From assembly GCA_027923505.1 (NCBI GenBank), contig BROI01000003.1, positions 372,001 through 436,000 on the forward strand: a stretch of 64,000 nucleotides of DNA, in the 5' to 3' direction. Position 1 is the stretch's first letter. Each line of letters opens with the position of its first letter. This document shows positions 54,423 through 64,000 of this stretch, piece by piece. Source of the DNA: Mayamaea pseudoterrestris (taxonomy: Eukaryota). The notes below the pieces were generated by a model, which had not been told where the DNA came from, made no database searches, and saw nothing but the letters and a program-made list of their open reading frames with translations. A program made the position numbers and the translations under genes.

Positions 54423-55649
54423 ATGTCTCTGCAAGCGCTTGACTCGAATGCCGCAGCATCGACTGCAGCACCAGCATCACCTCCCAGTCCAACCGAAGGT
54501 CAGATTGGATACAAGCTGCCACCCATTTGTCATGAGCAAAAATTGAAGGAAACCGCCATGACCGCCGAGGAATTGTCAAAGATGGCCTTTGAGGTGCCTG
54601 TCAAGATTGACGTTTCTATCCCGTTGAAGCATGGAGTTTGTCAGGGCCTTCCTATAATGTCGGCGGCGGTTCGCAACCATCACGAAGCCACTACGATTTC
54701 GTCATCCTCGTCAACGTGCAGTACTTCGGACGCGGAATGCAATCCCATGGTCTTGTCGCTGACGACCTGTGGAAATACTGCTGCGGCGGCAGGTGGAGCT
54801 GCAACACCTCCATCGACGGACCAACATAAACGTCTTGATCGCGATAAGCTGGATCAAATCAACGCCAAGGTTTCGCAGAGCAAGACGAGCCGGCAAGGTC
54901 GAAATACGCAGCGTTGGGTTCCGGCTGCCTCTGCTGCGGCAAGTGCGGTCGGCAGCGATCAGGAGGATTGCGCAGCGGAACACATTCGGCTTGTCACTGG
55001 GTGTGTACCTATTTTGAAGGGAGGCAAGATTTTGCTGGTTAGTGCAAGTCGAAAGGCGGAATGGATTTTACCAAAGGGCGGTTGGGAAATGGATGAAACC
55101 ATGGAGGAGTCTGCGATTCGAGAAGTTTTTGAAGAGGCGGGAGTGCTTGGTGTTCTCGGACCAAGGCTTTCCGATTTTCAGTACGAGACGCGCAAGTCTA
55201 AGAAGCGCAAACTAGATCAAGCCGAACAGTTGGAGAAGAAGCTCAAGAAGGCTGGAGAAGAGTCGTCTACGGATACGGACGAGCCAGTGGTCGCAAGCGT
55301 TGAGCCATCACCTGCTGCCGCAGTCGTTCTTGCCGCAATTGAAGCCGGCATGTCCGCTCCAATTTCCACGGAAGACATGTCTAGAATACGGAGTTTGTCT
55401 CAAGAGGTTGCTCCCAAGACTATTGATGAAACTGCATCATGTACATCCGGACACTCGTCGGCGTATTCGCAAGTACGCATGACACTCTTTCCCTTGTATG
55501 TCAATAAAGTTCTTCCTTCCTGGCCGGAGCAAGGTCGGTTTCGGATGGCTGTGGACATTGACACGGCCATTGAGATGCAAGCTTCGCGGCCAGAGTTCAA
55601 GGCTGCCTTGATGGAAGTCAAGGAGCGTGGTCTTCACCTCGCGTCGTAG
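54423..55649 (+). CDS. Nudix hydrolase, diphosphoinositol-polyphosphate phosphohydrolase (DIPP)-like
   Basis: GRNTQRW, RLVTGCVP, LLVSASRKAEWILPKGGWEMDETMEESAIREVFEEAG (Nudix box) and WPE..R.R. Confidence 0.87.
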   Translation: MSLQALDSNAAASTAAPASPPSPTEGQIGYKLPPICHEQKLKETAMTAEELSKMAFEVPVKIDVSIPLKHGVCQGLPIMSAAVRNHHEATTISSSSSTCSTSDAECNPMVLSLTTCGNTAAAAGGAATPPSTDQHKRLDRDKLDQINAKVSQSKTSRQGRNTQRWVPAASAAASAVGSDQEDCAAEHIRLVTGCVPILKGGKILLVSASRKAEWILPKGGWEMDETMEESAIREVFEEAGVLGVLGPRLSDFQYETRKSKKRKLDQAEQLEKKLKKAGEESSTDTDEPVVASVEPSPAAAVVLAAIEAGMSAPISTEDMSRIRSLSQEVAPKTIDETASCTSGHSSAYSQVRMTLFPLYVNKVLPSWPEQGRFRMAVDIDTAIEMQASRPEFKAALMEVKERGLHLAS

Positions 55650-55896
55650 CGAACCTCGACGCTTTCTCTGCATATGAACAATAAAAAGCGTTTTCTTTTT
55701 GTCAACATACAATACTATCTAAAGTTTAGATTTAACCAACCTAATTTAATCAACGGTAGTGGAGCTAACCATCAAATCACCGCATTTGTGCGAAATGCAC
55801 GAGGAACCGGTGCGACTTGTGAGCAAATTTCTATGCCGACGACCCACCATTTTCTCACTTGTAACAGTTGATAAAAGCACCAACAATAGTCATCAA

Positions 55897-56451
55897 ATGA
55901 GTTCCAAAGACGATGAACGATGTGACCAAAAGAAAGCATCACTAGAATCACAACAATTTATCACTTTCCCACATCTACATCCGGGCCATTGCTTCCTTTT
56001 ATCGAGCCTTCCGTTTTGCTACGGCGCCTATCGAACCTTTCACCGTCCTCTTGACGAAATTGTTCGGCCAGTGTTGCATGCACACAAGGTGCCCATCAAC
56101 TTGGTTGAATCGGCGGAAGAACCCATACGACGAGCCGTCGCTTCCGCAGTTGCAGCGCGCGCATTGAAAGTGTCGAGTTTGGCAAGCATTGGAGTGTTTG
56201 CAATTGCCAGCGCCATTGTCTTTTACGCGGCTGGATGGAACTCTTTCGACCATGCGATACGAAACGTGGAAGACTGGGCCCATGACAAGCGAAATGGTTT
56301 AGACAAGTGGCTAGGAGTAGGCAATCGTATCGATCGGAATCATCCGGAGGTGCAAGTGACAAAGAATATGACGTTTGATGAAGAAGTTGAATACATCAAC
56401 AAGACTTACATGCCGGATGAAGACTGGCAAGCTGAAGAAAAAGATATATAA
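55897..56451 (+). CDS. Hypothetical two-TM protein (loosely TMEM242/AIM11-like)
   Basis: Two hydrophobic segments; AARALKVSSLASIGVFAIASAIVFYAAG resembles the second helix of that family. Weak call. Confidence 0.55.
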   Translation: MSSKDDERCDQKKASLESQQFITFPHLHPGHCFLLSSLPFCYGAYRTFHRPLDEIVRPVLHAHKVPINLVESAEEPIRRAVASAVAARALKVSSLASIGVFAIASAIVFYAAGWNSFDHAIRNVEDWAHDKRNGLDKWLGVGNRIDRNHPEVQVTKNMTFDEEVEYINKTYMPDEDWQAEEKDI

Positions 56452-56469
56452 AATGTAGAGTCTATATTT

Positions 56470-57462
56470 TTACTGTTCAGATTTCAAGTTCAAATAGGTA
56501 GCCATTGTTTCTTCGGGTTCCCAGTTCACATTTATCCTGGTCAACCTTTTCAAAGGTAGCTGCTTTTGCTGCGCCATGCTTCGTGCCGGCACAATGTTTC
56601 TTAGTTGTCGCGTCGACATGACGCCCTCGTAGCCAGAGAGCATTGATGCCTTCTTGACTGCTCGTAGATTGGTCGGAACATCCTCGCGAATGCGCCATTC
56701 CAAGGGTCCGACAGGAACGGGCCCTTTGGGTCGAACGTCAACTACATAGGATAGCAAACTTTCAAGCTGACCCATATCATTGACTCGTTCCTTCACATGC
56801 CATTCGCCGTCAAACTCATTGAAGAAGAAACTGTCAGTGCACTTGAATGTAATTCGTCGCTCCTCCTGTCCTTGATTGGCGTTCAGTAACGCTTCCTGCA
56901 TGTCCATTGTGACGGATGCACCAAACTCGAAACCAATAATCTTCTGCGCTCCCTTTTGATATAATCGACAGTTATACTGTCCATCCCCAGGCTCACCGCT
57001 TGCTCTTGCTTGCAATATTTTCGACTCGACCAAGTTTGGAACATGCACGCTGAGTCGATCATAGTCGGTCAGTATGGCCCACACATCTTGGAGCGGCACT
57101 GGCACGACAATTTCACCGTAGATGCGCCGGCTGTTGGAGGATGTTCGCTCGATGCGGACCGCCACGAGTTCACACGAGTCTTGGTCCGTCGGTTCGGCCG
57201 TTTCCGTGCCTCCAAACCACCATACGTTGAGTGTTGTTGAGGATGCTGATGACGATGTCGTGCGTTGTTGTAGACGAGGTGAAGAAATTGGAACCGAGTA
57301 ACGTGACAGGTCTTGCTTATGTGACCTCTGTTGCTCAACCGATTGTCGTCGCGACGCCGACGGCGAGGTTGGAACGAAGCCGCTCGTGACACTGACTATG
57401 CAGAGAAGCATTACGAAAGGGGCGACGCGAAAGCAGTCCATATCTGATCGTTGTCTTCTCAT
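56470..57462 (-). CDS. Polyketide-cyclase/START (SRPBCC, COQ10-like) lipid-binding protein, plastid-type presequence
   Basis: VWAILTDYDRLSVHVPNLVES, FNEFDGEW, LSYVVDVRP and EDVPTNLRAV; signal peptide plus TSG-FVP. Confidence 0.85.
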   Translation of the reverse strand: MRRQRSDMDCFRVAPFVMLLCIVSVTSGFVPTSPSASRRQSVEQQRSHKQDLSRYSVPISSPRLQQRTTSSSASSTTLNVWWFGGTETAEPTDQDSCELVAVRIERTSSNSRRIYGEIVVPVPLQDVWAILTDYDRLSVHVPNLVESKILQARASGEPGDGQYNCRLYQKGAQKIIGFEFGASVTMDMQEALLNANQGQEERRITFKCTDSFFFNEFDGEWHVKERVNDMGQLESLLSYVVDVRPKGPVPVGPLEWRIREDVPTNLRAVKKASMLSGYEGVMSTRQLRNIVPARSMAQQKQLPLKRLTRINVNWEPEETMATYLNLKSEQ

Positions 57463-57797
57463 TGTTTTGTAATATTATGGCAGCTTTTGTGTCGGTAATG
57501 ACTCTGAGAGGCATCAGGTGCTGTCAAGCCGGAAGCATGGGGATTGAATCACTCGAAGTGGGGAAGAAGGGAGGTCAGCACGATCACAGAAGGTGGAAAG
57601 AAAGGAAGAAACCATCGGTCGTTGAGTGCAACGTCACTCCATTGACACTGAAACTCGGTAAGACACAGCCCGGTACACATACTTCAATTTGACTACAGTA
57701 CCAGTACCGTACCATACCATAGCAAGTGAAACGAGCCAATTGTACCATTCTGCCGAATACTAGCCCCAATGCATAGCCAGCAAAGAGTGGTTGAGAA

Positions 57798-59154
57798 CAA
57801 GTTCTGGTACAGAGGTTGCCTGAATTTCATGGCCCCAGGCTTGTCCACAACTGCCATAACCCACTCCAACAGCCAGAGAGGTATAAATTGATTGCTGGAA
57901 GTTGACAAACATTGTTTCATGATGTGGAAAGTGCAATGCATTCATCATTAGTCCATATAGTCTCCAAGTTCTGCCAGTAGGACCACCTGAATTTTGTTGC
58001 CCCAGGCTTGTCCACAGTTGGTGGCTGCCATGACCTACTCCAATGGCCCGAGAGGTATATCTTGATAGCTTGCAGTTGACAGGCATTGTTACATGATGAA
58101 GAAAGTGCAGTGCATTCATCACTAGTCCATGTGGTCTCCAAGTTCTGCGACAGGGACTGCCTGAATTATGTGTCCCCAGGCTTGTCCACAGTCGGCGACT
58201 ACCAAAACCCACTCCATTGGCCAGAGAGGTATATAATGATAGCTGGCAGTTAACAGGCATTGTATAACAATGTAAATGCATTCATCACTGGCCCATGTAG
58301 TCTCCAAGTTCTGCCAGTAGGACCACCTAAATTTTGTGGCCCCAGGCTTGTCCACAGTAGCTGGCTGCCATGACCCACTCCAATGGCCAGAGAGGTATAT
58401 ATTAAAAGATGGCAATTGACAGGCATTGTCTCATGATGTAAAATGTGCAATGCATTCATCACTGATCCATGCTGTCTCCAAATTCTGCCAGTAGGACCTT
58501 CCAGACTGTTGTGGCCCCAGGCTTGTCCACATTCGGTGGCTGCCACGACCCACTCCAATGGCCAGAGAGTGTCCCAAGGCTTGTCCTCAGTAGCTGGCCA
58601 CCATAACCCACTCCAACAGCCAGAGACGTGTCAATTGATAGCTGGCAGATGACAGGCATTGTTTCATGATGTCAAAAGTGCAATGCATTCATCAATAGCC
58701 CATGTAGTCTCCAAGTCCCATGCCAGAGATTGCCAGCATTTCATGTCCCCAGCTTTGTCAACAGTAGCTGGCTGCCATAACCCACTCCAACAGCCAGAGT
58801 GGTATCAATTGATAGCTGGCAGTTGTTAGGCATTGTTTCATGATGTCAAAAGTGCAATGCATTCATCAATAGCCCATGCAGTCTCCAAGTTCCATTACAG
58901 GGACTGCCAGTATTTCATGTCCCCAGGCTTGTCCACAGTACCTTGCTGCCATAATCCACTCCAACAGCCAGGGAGGTATCAATTGATAGCTGGCAGTTGA
59001 CAGGCATTGTTTCATGATGTCAAAAGTGCAATGCATTCATCACTGGCCCATGTTGTCTCCAACTTCTGTGACAGGGACTGCCAGAATCTCGTGTCCCCAG
59101 GCTTGTCCTCAGTAGCTGGCCGCCAAAATCCATTCCAACAGCCAGGGAAGTGTC
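57798..59154 (-). repeat. 174-bp tandem repeat, left arm (about 8 copies, reverse orientation, more diverged outward)
   Basis: The anchor GCATTC ends at 57943, 58117, 58283, 58457, 58690, 58864 and 59038 (spacing 174 except 166 and 233). It is the reverse complement of the right-arm unit. Confidence 0.95.
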
Positions 59155-59251
59155 TCAGAAGACTGCAATGTGACTGGTGAGAAGTTATCACCATTCTCAG
59201 CCCGCCAATGCCTTGATATTCAATTGTCCCTACAGCAAGCCATGTATACAC
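59155..59251. other. Unique spacer (about 97 bp) at the inversion point of the repeat array
   Basis: TCAGAAGACTGCAATG...CATGTATACAC does not align by eye to the unit apart from its last few bases. Boundaries are approximate (about 10 bp). Confidence 0.8.
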
Positions 59252-62200
59252 GCCTGGGGACACAAAATTCTGGCAGTCCCTGTCACAGAACTTGGAGACT
59301 ACATGGTTTAGTGATTAATGCATTACACTTTTGACATCATGAAGTAATGCCTGGGAGCTGCCAGCTATCAATTGACACCTCTCTGGCTGTTGGAGTGGGT
59401 TATGGTGGCCAGCTACTGAGGACAGGCCTTGGGACACGAAATGATAGCAGTCCCTGTCATGGAACTTGAAGACTGCATGGGCTAGTGATGAATGCATTGC
59501 ACTTTTGACATCATGAAACAATGCCTGTCAACTGCCCGCTATCAATCGACACCTCTCTGGCTGTTGGAGTGGGTTATGGCAGCCAGATACTGTGGACAAG
59601 CCTGGGGACATGAAATGCAGGCAGTCCCTGTCATGAGACTTGGAGACAAAATGGGCTAGTGATGAATGCATTGCACTTTTGCATCATGAAACAATGCTTG
59701 TCAACTGCCAGCTATCAATTGACACCTCTCTGGCTGTTAAACTGGGTTGGCAGCGAGCAACTGTGGACAAGCCTGGGGACATGAAATTCTGGCAGTCCCT
59801 GTCACAGAACTTGGAGACTACATGGGCTAGTGATGAATGCATTGCACTTTTGACATCATGAAACAATGCCTGTCAACTGCCAGCTATCAATTGACGCCTC
59901 TCTGGCTGTTGGAGTGGGTTATGGGAGTCAGCAACTAAGGACAAGCCTTGGGACACGAAATGATGGCAGTCCCTGCCATGGAACTTGGAGACTACATGGG
60001 CTATTGATGAATGCATTGCACTTTTGACATCATGAAACAATGCCTGTCAACTTCCAGCTATCAATTGACACCTCTCGGGCTGTTGGAGGTGGTTATGGCA
60101 GCTAGGTACTGTGGACAAGCCTGGGGACAAGAAATGCTGGCAGTCCCTGTCATGGAACTTGGAGACTACATGGGCTAGTGATGAATGCATTGCTCTTTTG
60201 ACATCATGAAACAATGCCTGTCAGCTGCCAGCTATCAATTGATACCACTCTGGCTGTTGGAGAGGGTTATGGCAGCCACCTACTGAGGACAAGCCTGGGG
60301 ACATGAAATGCTGGCAGTCCCTGTCACAGAACTTGGAGACTGCATGGGCTAGTGATGAATGCATTGCACTTTGACGTGATGAAACAATGCCTGTCAACTG
60401 CCAGCTATCAATTGACACCACTCTGGCTGTTGGAGTGGGTCATGGCAGCAAGCTACTGAGGACAAGCCTGGGGACATGAAATGCTGGCAGTCCCTGTCAC
60501 AGAACTTGGAGACTACATGGGCTATTGATGAATGCATTGCACTTTTGACATCATGAAACAATGCCTGTCAACTGCCAGCTATCAATTGACACATCTCTGG
60601 CTGTTGGAGTGGGTTATGGCAGCTAGCTATTGTGGACGAGCATGGGGAAATGAAATTCCGCCAGTCCCTGTCACAGAACTTGGAGACTGCATGGGCTAGT
60701 GATGAATGCATTGCACTTTGACATCATGAAACAATGCCTGTCAGCTGCCAGCTATTAATTGATACCACTCTGGCTGTTGGAGAGGGTTATGGCAGCCACC
60801 TACTGAGGACAAGCCTGGGGACATGAAATGCTGGCAGTCCCTGTCACAGAACTTGGAGACTGCATGGGCTTTTGATGAATGCATTGCACTTTGACATCAT
60901 GAAACAATGCCTGTCAGCTGCCAGCTATCAATTGATACCACTCTGGCTGTTGGAGAGGGTTATGGCAGCCACCTACTGAGGACAAGCCTGGGGACATGAA
61001 ATGCTGGCAGTCCCTGTCATGGAACTTGGAGACTACATGGGCTAGTGATGAATGCATTGCACTTTGACATGATGAAACAATGCCTGTCAACTGCCAGCTA
61101 TCAATTGACACCACTCTGGCTGTTGGAGTGGGTCATGGCAGCCAACTACTGAGGACAAGCCTGGGGACATGAAATTCTGGCAGTCCCTGTCACAGAACTT
61201 GGAGACTACATGGATGAATGATGAATGCATTGCACTTTTGACATCATGAAACAATGCTTGTCAACTGTCAGCAATCAATTGACACCTCTCTGGCTGTTGG
61301 AGTGGGTTATGGCAGCCAGCTACTGAGGACAAGCCTGGGGACATGAAATTCCGCCAGTCCCTGTCACAGAACTTGGAGACTGCATGGGCTATTGATGAAT
61401 GCATTGCACTTTTGACATCATGAAACAATGCCTGTCAGCTGCCAGCTATCAATTGATACCACTCTGGCTGTTGGAGAGGGTTATGGCAGCCAACTACTGA
61501 GGACAAGCCTGGGGACATGAAATGCTGGCAGTCCCTGTCACAGAACTTGGAGACTGCATGGGTGATTGATGAATGCATTGCATTTTTGACATCATGAAAC
61601 AATGCCTGTCAACTTCCAGCTATCAATTGATACCACTCTGGCTGTTGGAGTGGGTTATGGCAGCCAGCTACTGAGAACAAGCCTTGGGACATGAGATGCT
61701 GGCAGTCCCTGTCATGGAACTTGGAGACTACATGGGCTAGTGATGAATGCATTGCACTTTTGACATCATGAAACAATGCCTGTCAACTGCCAGCTATCAA
61801 TTGACACCTCTCTGGCTGTTGGACTGGGTTATGGCGGCCAGCTACTGTGGACAAGCCTAGGGACATGAAATGCTGGCAGTCCCTGTCATGGAACTTGGAG
61901 ACTGCATGGGCTAGTGATGAATGCATTGCACTTTTGACATCATGAAACAATGCCTGTCAACTGCCAGCTATCAATTGACACCTCTCTGGCTGTTGGACTG
62001 GGTTATGGCGGCCAGCAACTGAGGACAAGCCTGGGGACATGAAATGCTGGCAGTCCCTGTGACAGAACTTTGAGACTGCATGGGTTATTGATGAATGCAT
62101 TGCACTTTTGACATTATGAAACAATGCCTGTCAACTGCCAGCTATCTATTGATACCACTCTGGCTGTTGGAGTGGGTTATGGCAGCCAGCTACTGAGGAC

Positions 62201-64000
62201 CAGCCTGGGGACATGAAATGATGGCAGTCCCTGTCCTGGAACTTGAAGACTGCATGGGCTAGTGATGAATGCATTGCACTTTTGACATCATGAAACAATG
62301 CCTGTCAACTGCCAGCTATCAATTGACACCTCTCTGGCTGTTGGACTGGGTTATGGCGGCCAGCTACTGTGGACAAGCCTGGGGACATGAAATTCTGGCA
62401 GTCCCTGTCATGGAACTTGGAGACTACATGGGCTAGTGATGAATGCATTGCACTTTTGACATCATGAAACAATGCCTGTCAACTGCCAGCTATCAATTGA
62501 TACCACTCTGGCTGTTGGAGTGGGTTATGGCGGCCAGCAACTGAGGACAAGCCTGGGGACATGAAATGCTGGCAGTCCCTGTCACAGAATTTCGAGACTG
62601 CATGGGTTATTGATGAATGCATTGCACTTTTTACATTATGAAAAAATGCTTGTCAACTGCCAGCTATCTATTGATACCACTCTGGCTGTTGGAGTGGGTT
62701 ATGGCAGCCAGCTACTGAGGACCAGCCTGGGGACATGAAATGATGGCAGTCCCTGTCATGGAACTTGAAGACTGCATGGGCTAGTGATGAATGCATTGCA
62801 TTTTTGACATCATGAAACAATGCCTGTCATCTGCCAGCTATCAATTGATACCACTCTGGCTGTTGGAGTGGGTTATGGTGGCCAGCTACTGAGGACAAGC
62901 CTGGGGACATGAAATGCTGGCAGTCCCTGTCATGGAACATGAAGACTACATGGGCTAGTGATGAATGCTTTGCACTTTTGACATCATGAAACAATGCCTG
63001 ACAACTGCCAGCTATCAATTGATACCACTCTGGCTGTTGGAGTGGGTTATGGTGGCCAGCTACTGAGGACAAGCCTGGGGACATGAAATGCTGGCAGTCC
63101 CTGTCATGGAACTTGAAGACTCCATGGGCTAGTGATGAATGCATTGCAGTTTTGACATCATGAAACAATGCTTGTCAGCTGCCAGCTATCAGTTGACACC
63201 TCTCTGGCTGTTGGAGTGGGTTATGACAGCGAGCTACTGTGGGCAAGGCTGGGGACATGAAATTCCGGCAGTCCCTGTCACAGAACTTGGAGACTACATG
63301 GGCTATTGATGAATGCATTGCACTTTTGACATCATGAAACAATGCCTGTCAACTGCCAGCTATCAATTGATACCACTCTGGCTGTTGGAGTGGGTTATGG
63401 CAGCTAGCTATTGTGGACGAGCATGGGGAAATGAAATTCCGCCAGTCCCTGTCACAGAACTTGGAGACTGCATGGGCTAGTGATGAATGCATTGCACATT
63501 TGACATCATGAAACAATGCCTGTCAGCTGCCAGCTATCAATTGATACCACTCTGGCTGTTGGAGAGGGTTATGGCAGCGAGCTACTGTGGACAAGCCTGG
63601 GGACATGAAATTCTAGCAGTCCCTGTCACAGAACTTGGAGACCACATGGGCTAGTGATGAATGCATTGCACTTTTGACATCACGAATCAAAGCCCGTCAA
63701 CTGCCAGCTATCAATTGACACCTCTCTGGCTGTTGGAGTGGGTTATGGTGGCCAGCTACTGAGGACAAGCCTGGGGACATGAAATTCAGGCAGTCCTACT
63801 AGCAGAACTTGGAGACTACATGGGCTATTGATGAATGCATTGCACTTGTTACACCATTAAACAATCTTTGTCATCTGTCAGCAATCAATTTATACCTCTC
63901 TGGCCATTGGAGTGGGTCATGGCAGCCACCAACTGTGGACAAGCCTGGGGACACAAAACTCTGGCAGTCCCTGTTGCAGAACTTGGGGACTACATGGGCT
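59252..64000 (+). repeat. 174-bp tandem repeat, right arm (at least 27 copies, runs off window)
   Basis: The anchor GAATGC recurs at 59490, 59664, 59835, 60009, 60183 ... 63485, 63659, 63833 (171-174 bp spacing). Consensus: GAATGCATTGCACTTTTGACATCATGAAACAATGCCTGTCAACTGCCAGCTATCAATTGACACCTCTCTGGCTGTTGGAGTGGGTTATGGCAGCCAGCTACTGAGGACAAGCCTGGGGACATGAAATGCTGGCAGTCCCTGTCACAGAACTTGGAGACTACATGGGCTAGTGAT. Confidence 0.98.

Noticed and set aside
34103..55649. Phosphate/inositol gene cluster (GARP factor, PI4K, DIPP-like Nudix)
   Set aside because: The genes are spread over 20 kb among unrelated housekeeping genes, with no shared regulatory motif seen.
59155..59251. Simple fold-back sequencing chimera at the inversion
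   Set aside because: The arms are not exact mirror copies next to the junction, they break at different unit positions, and a unique spacer separates them. Long-read confirmation is still needed.
58122..63168. Short ORFs within the satellite as real genes or selenoproteins (recurrent TGA)
   Set aside because: They are translations of the repeat on both strands, interrupted by 1-3 nt indels. The TGA excess is explained by CpG decay, and I identified no SECIS.
57798..64000. CRISPR array interpretation of the regular repeats
   Set aside because: The whole 174-bp unit repeats, there are no unique spacers between short repeats, no cas-like ORFs are present, and the context is eukaryotic.

Overview
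This is gene-dense eukaryotic nuclear DNA. Short GT-AG introns (about 75-195 nt), bipartite signal-peptide plus 'AF/GF' plastid presequences and very short intergenic gaps point to a diatom, but the species cannot be determined from this window. Bases 1-57462 hold about 34 mostly housekeeping protein genes: Aurora kinase, plastid COG0523 metallochaperone, CaMKK-like kinase, VPS26, RRP6-like exonuclease, ABC1 kinase, a SET-RRM fusion, SF3B2, MYB factors, YIF1, NMD3, U2A', CCB4, HUS1, seipin, MATE, PI4K, IQM, Nudix and others. I reconstructed several spliced models by hand. From about 57798 to the window end lies a 174-bp tandem repeat whose consensus has no CpG. It forms two inverted arms, about 8 copies on the left and at least 27 on the right, diverging from a unique spacer of about 97 bp. 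The outermost copies of the two arms share diagnostic variants, giving a foldback-element-like or palindromic satellite architecture; this is the most unusual feature. Other points of interest are the SET-RRM-Cys-knuckle-RS protein next to SF3B2, an R3H-RRP6-HRDC protein with a C-terminal membrane anchor, a MATE transporter apparently missing one helix, and a Cys/His repeat in the COG0523 protein. All calls come from reading motifs by eye; no database searches were run.
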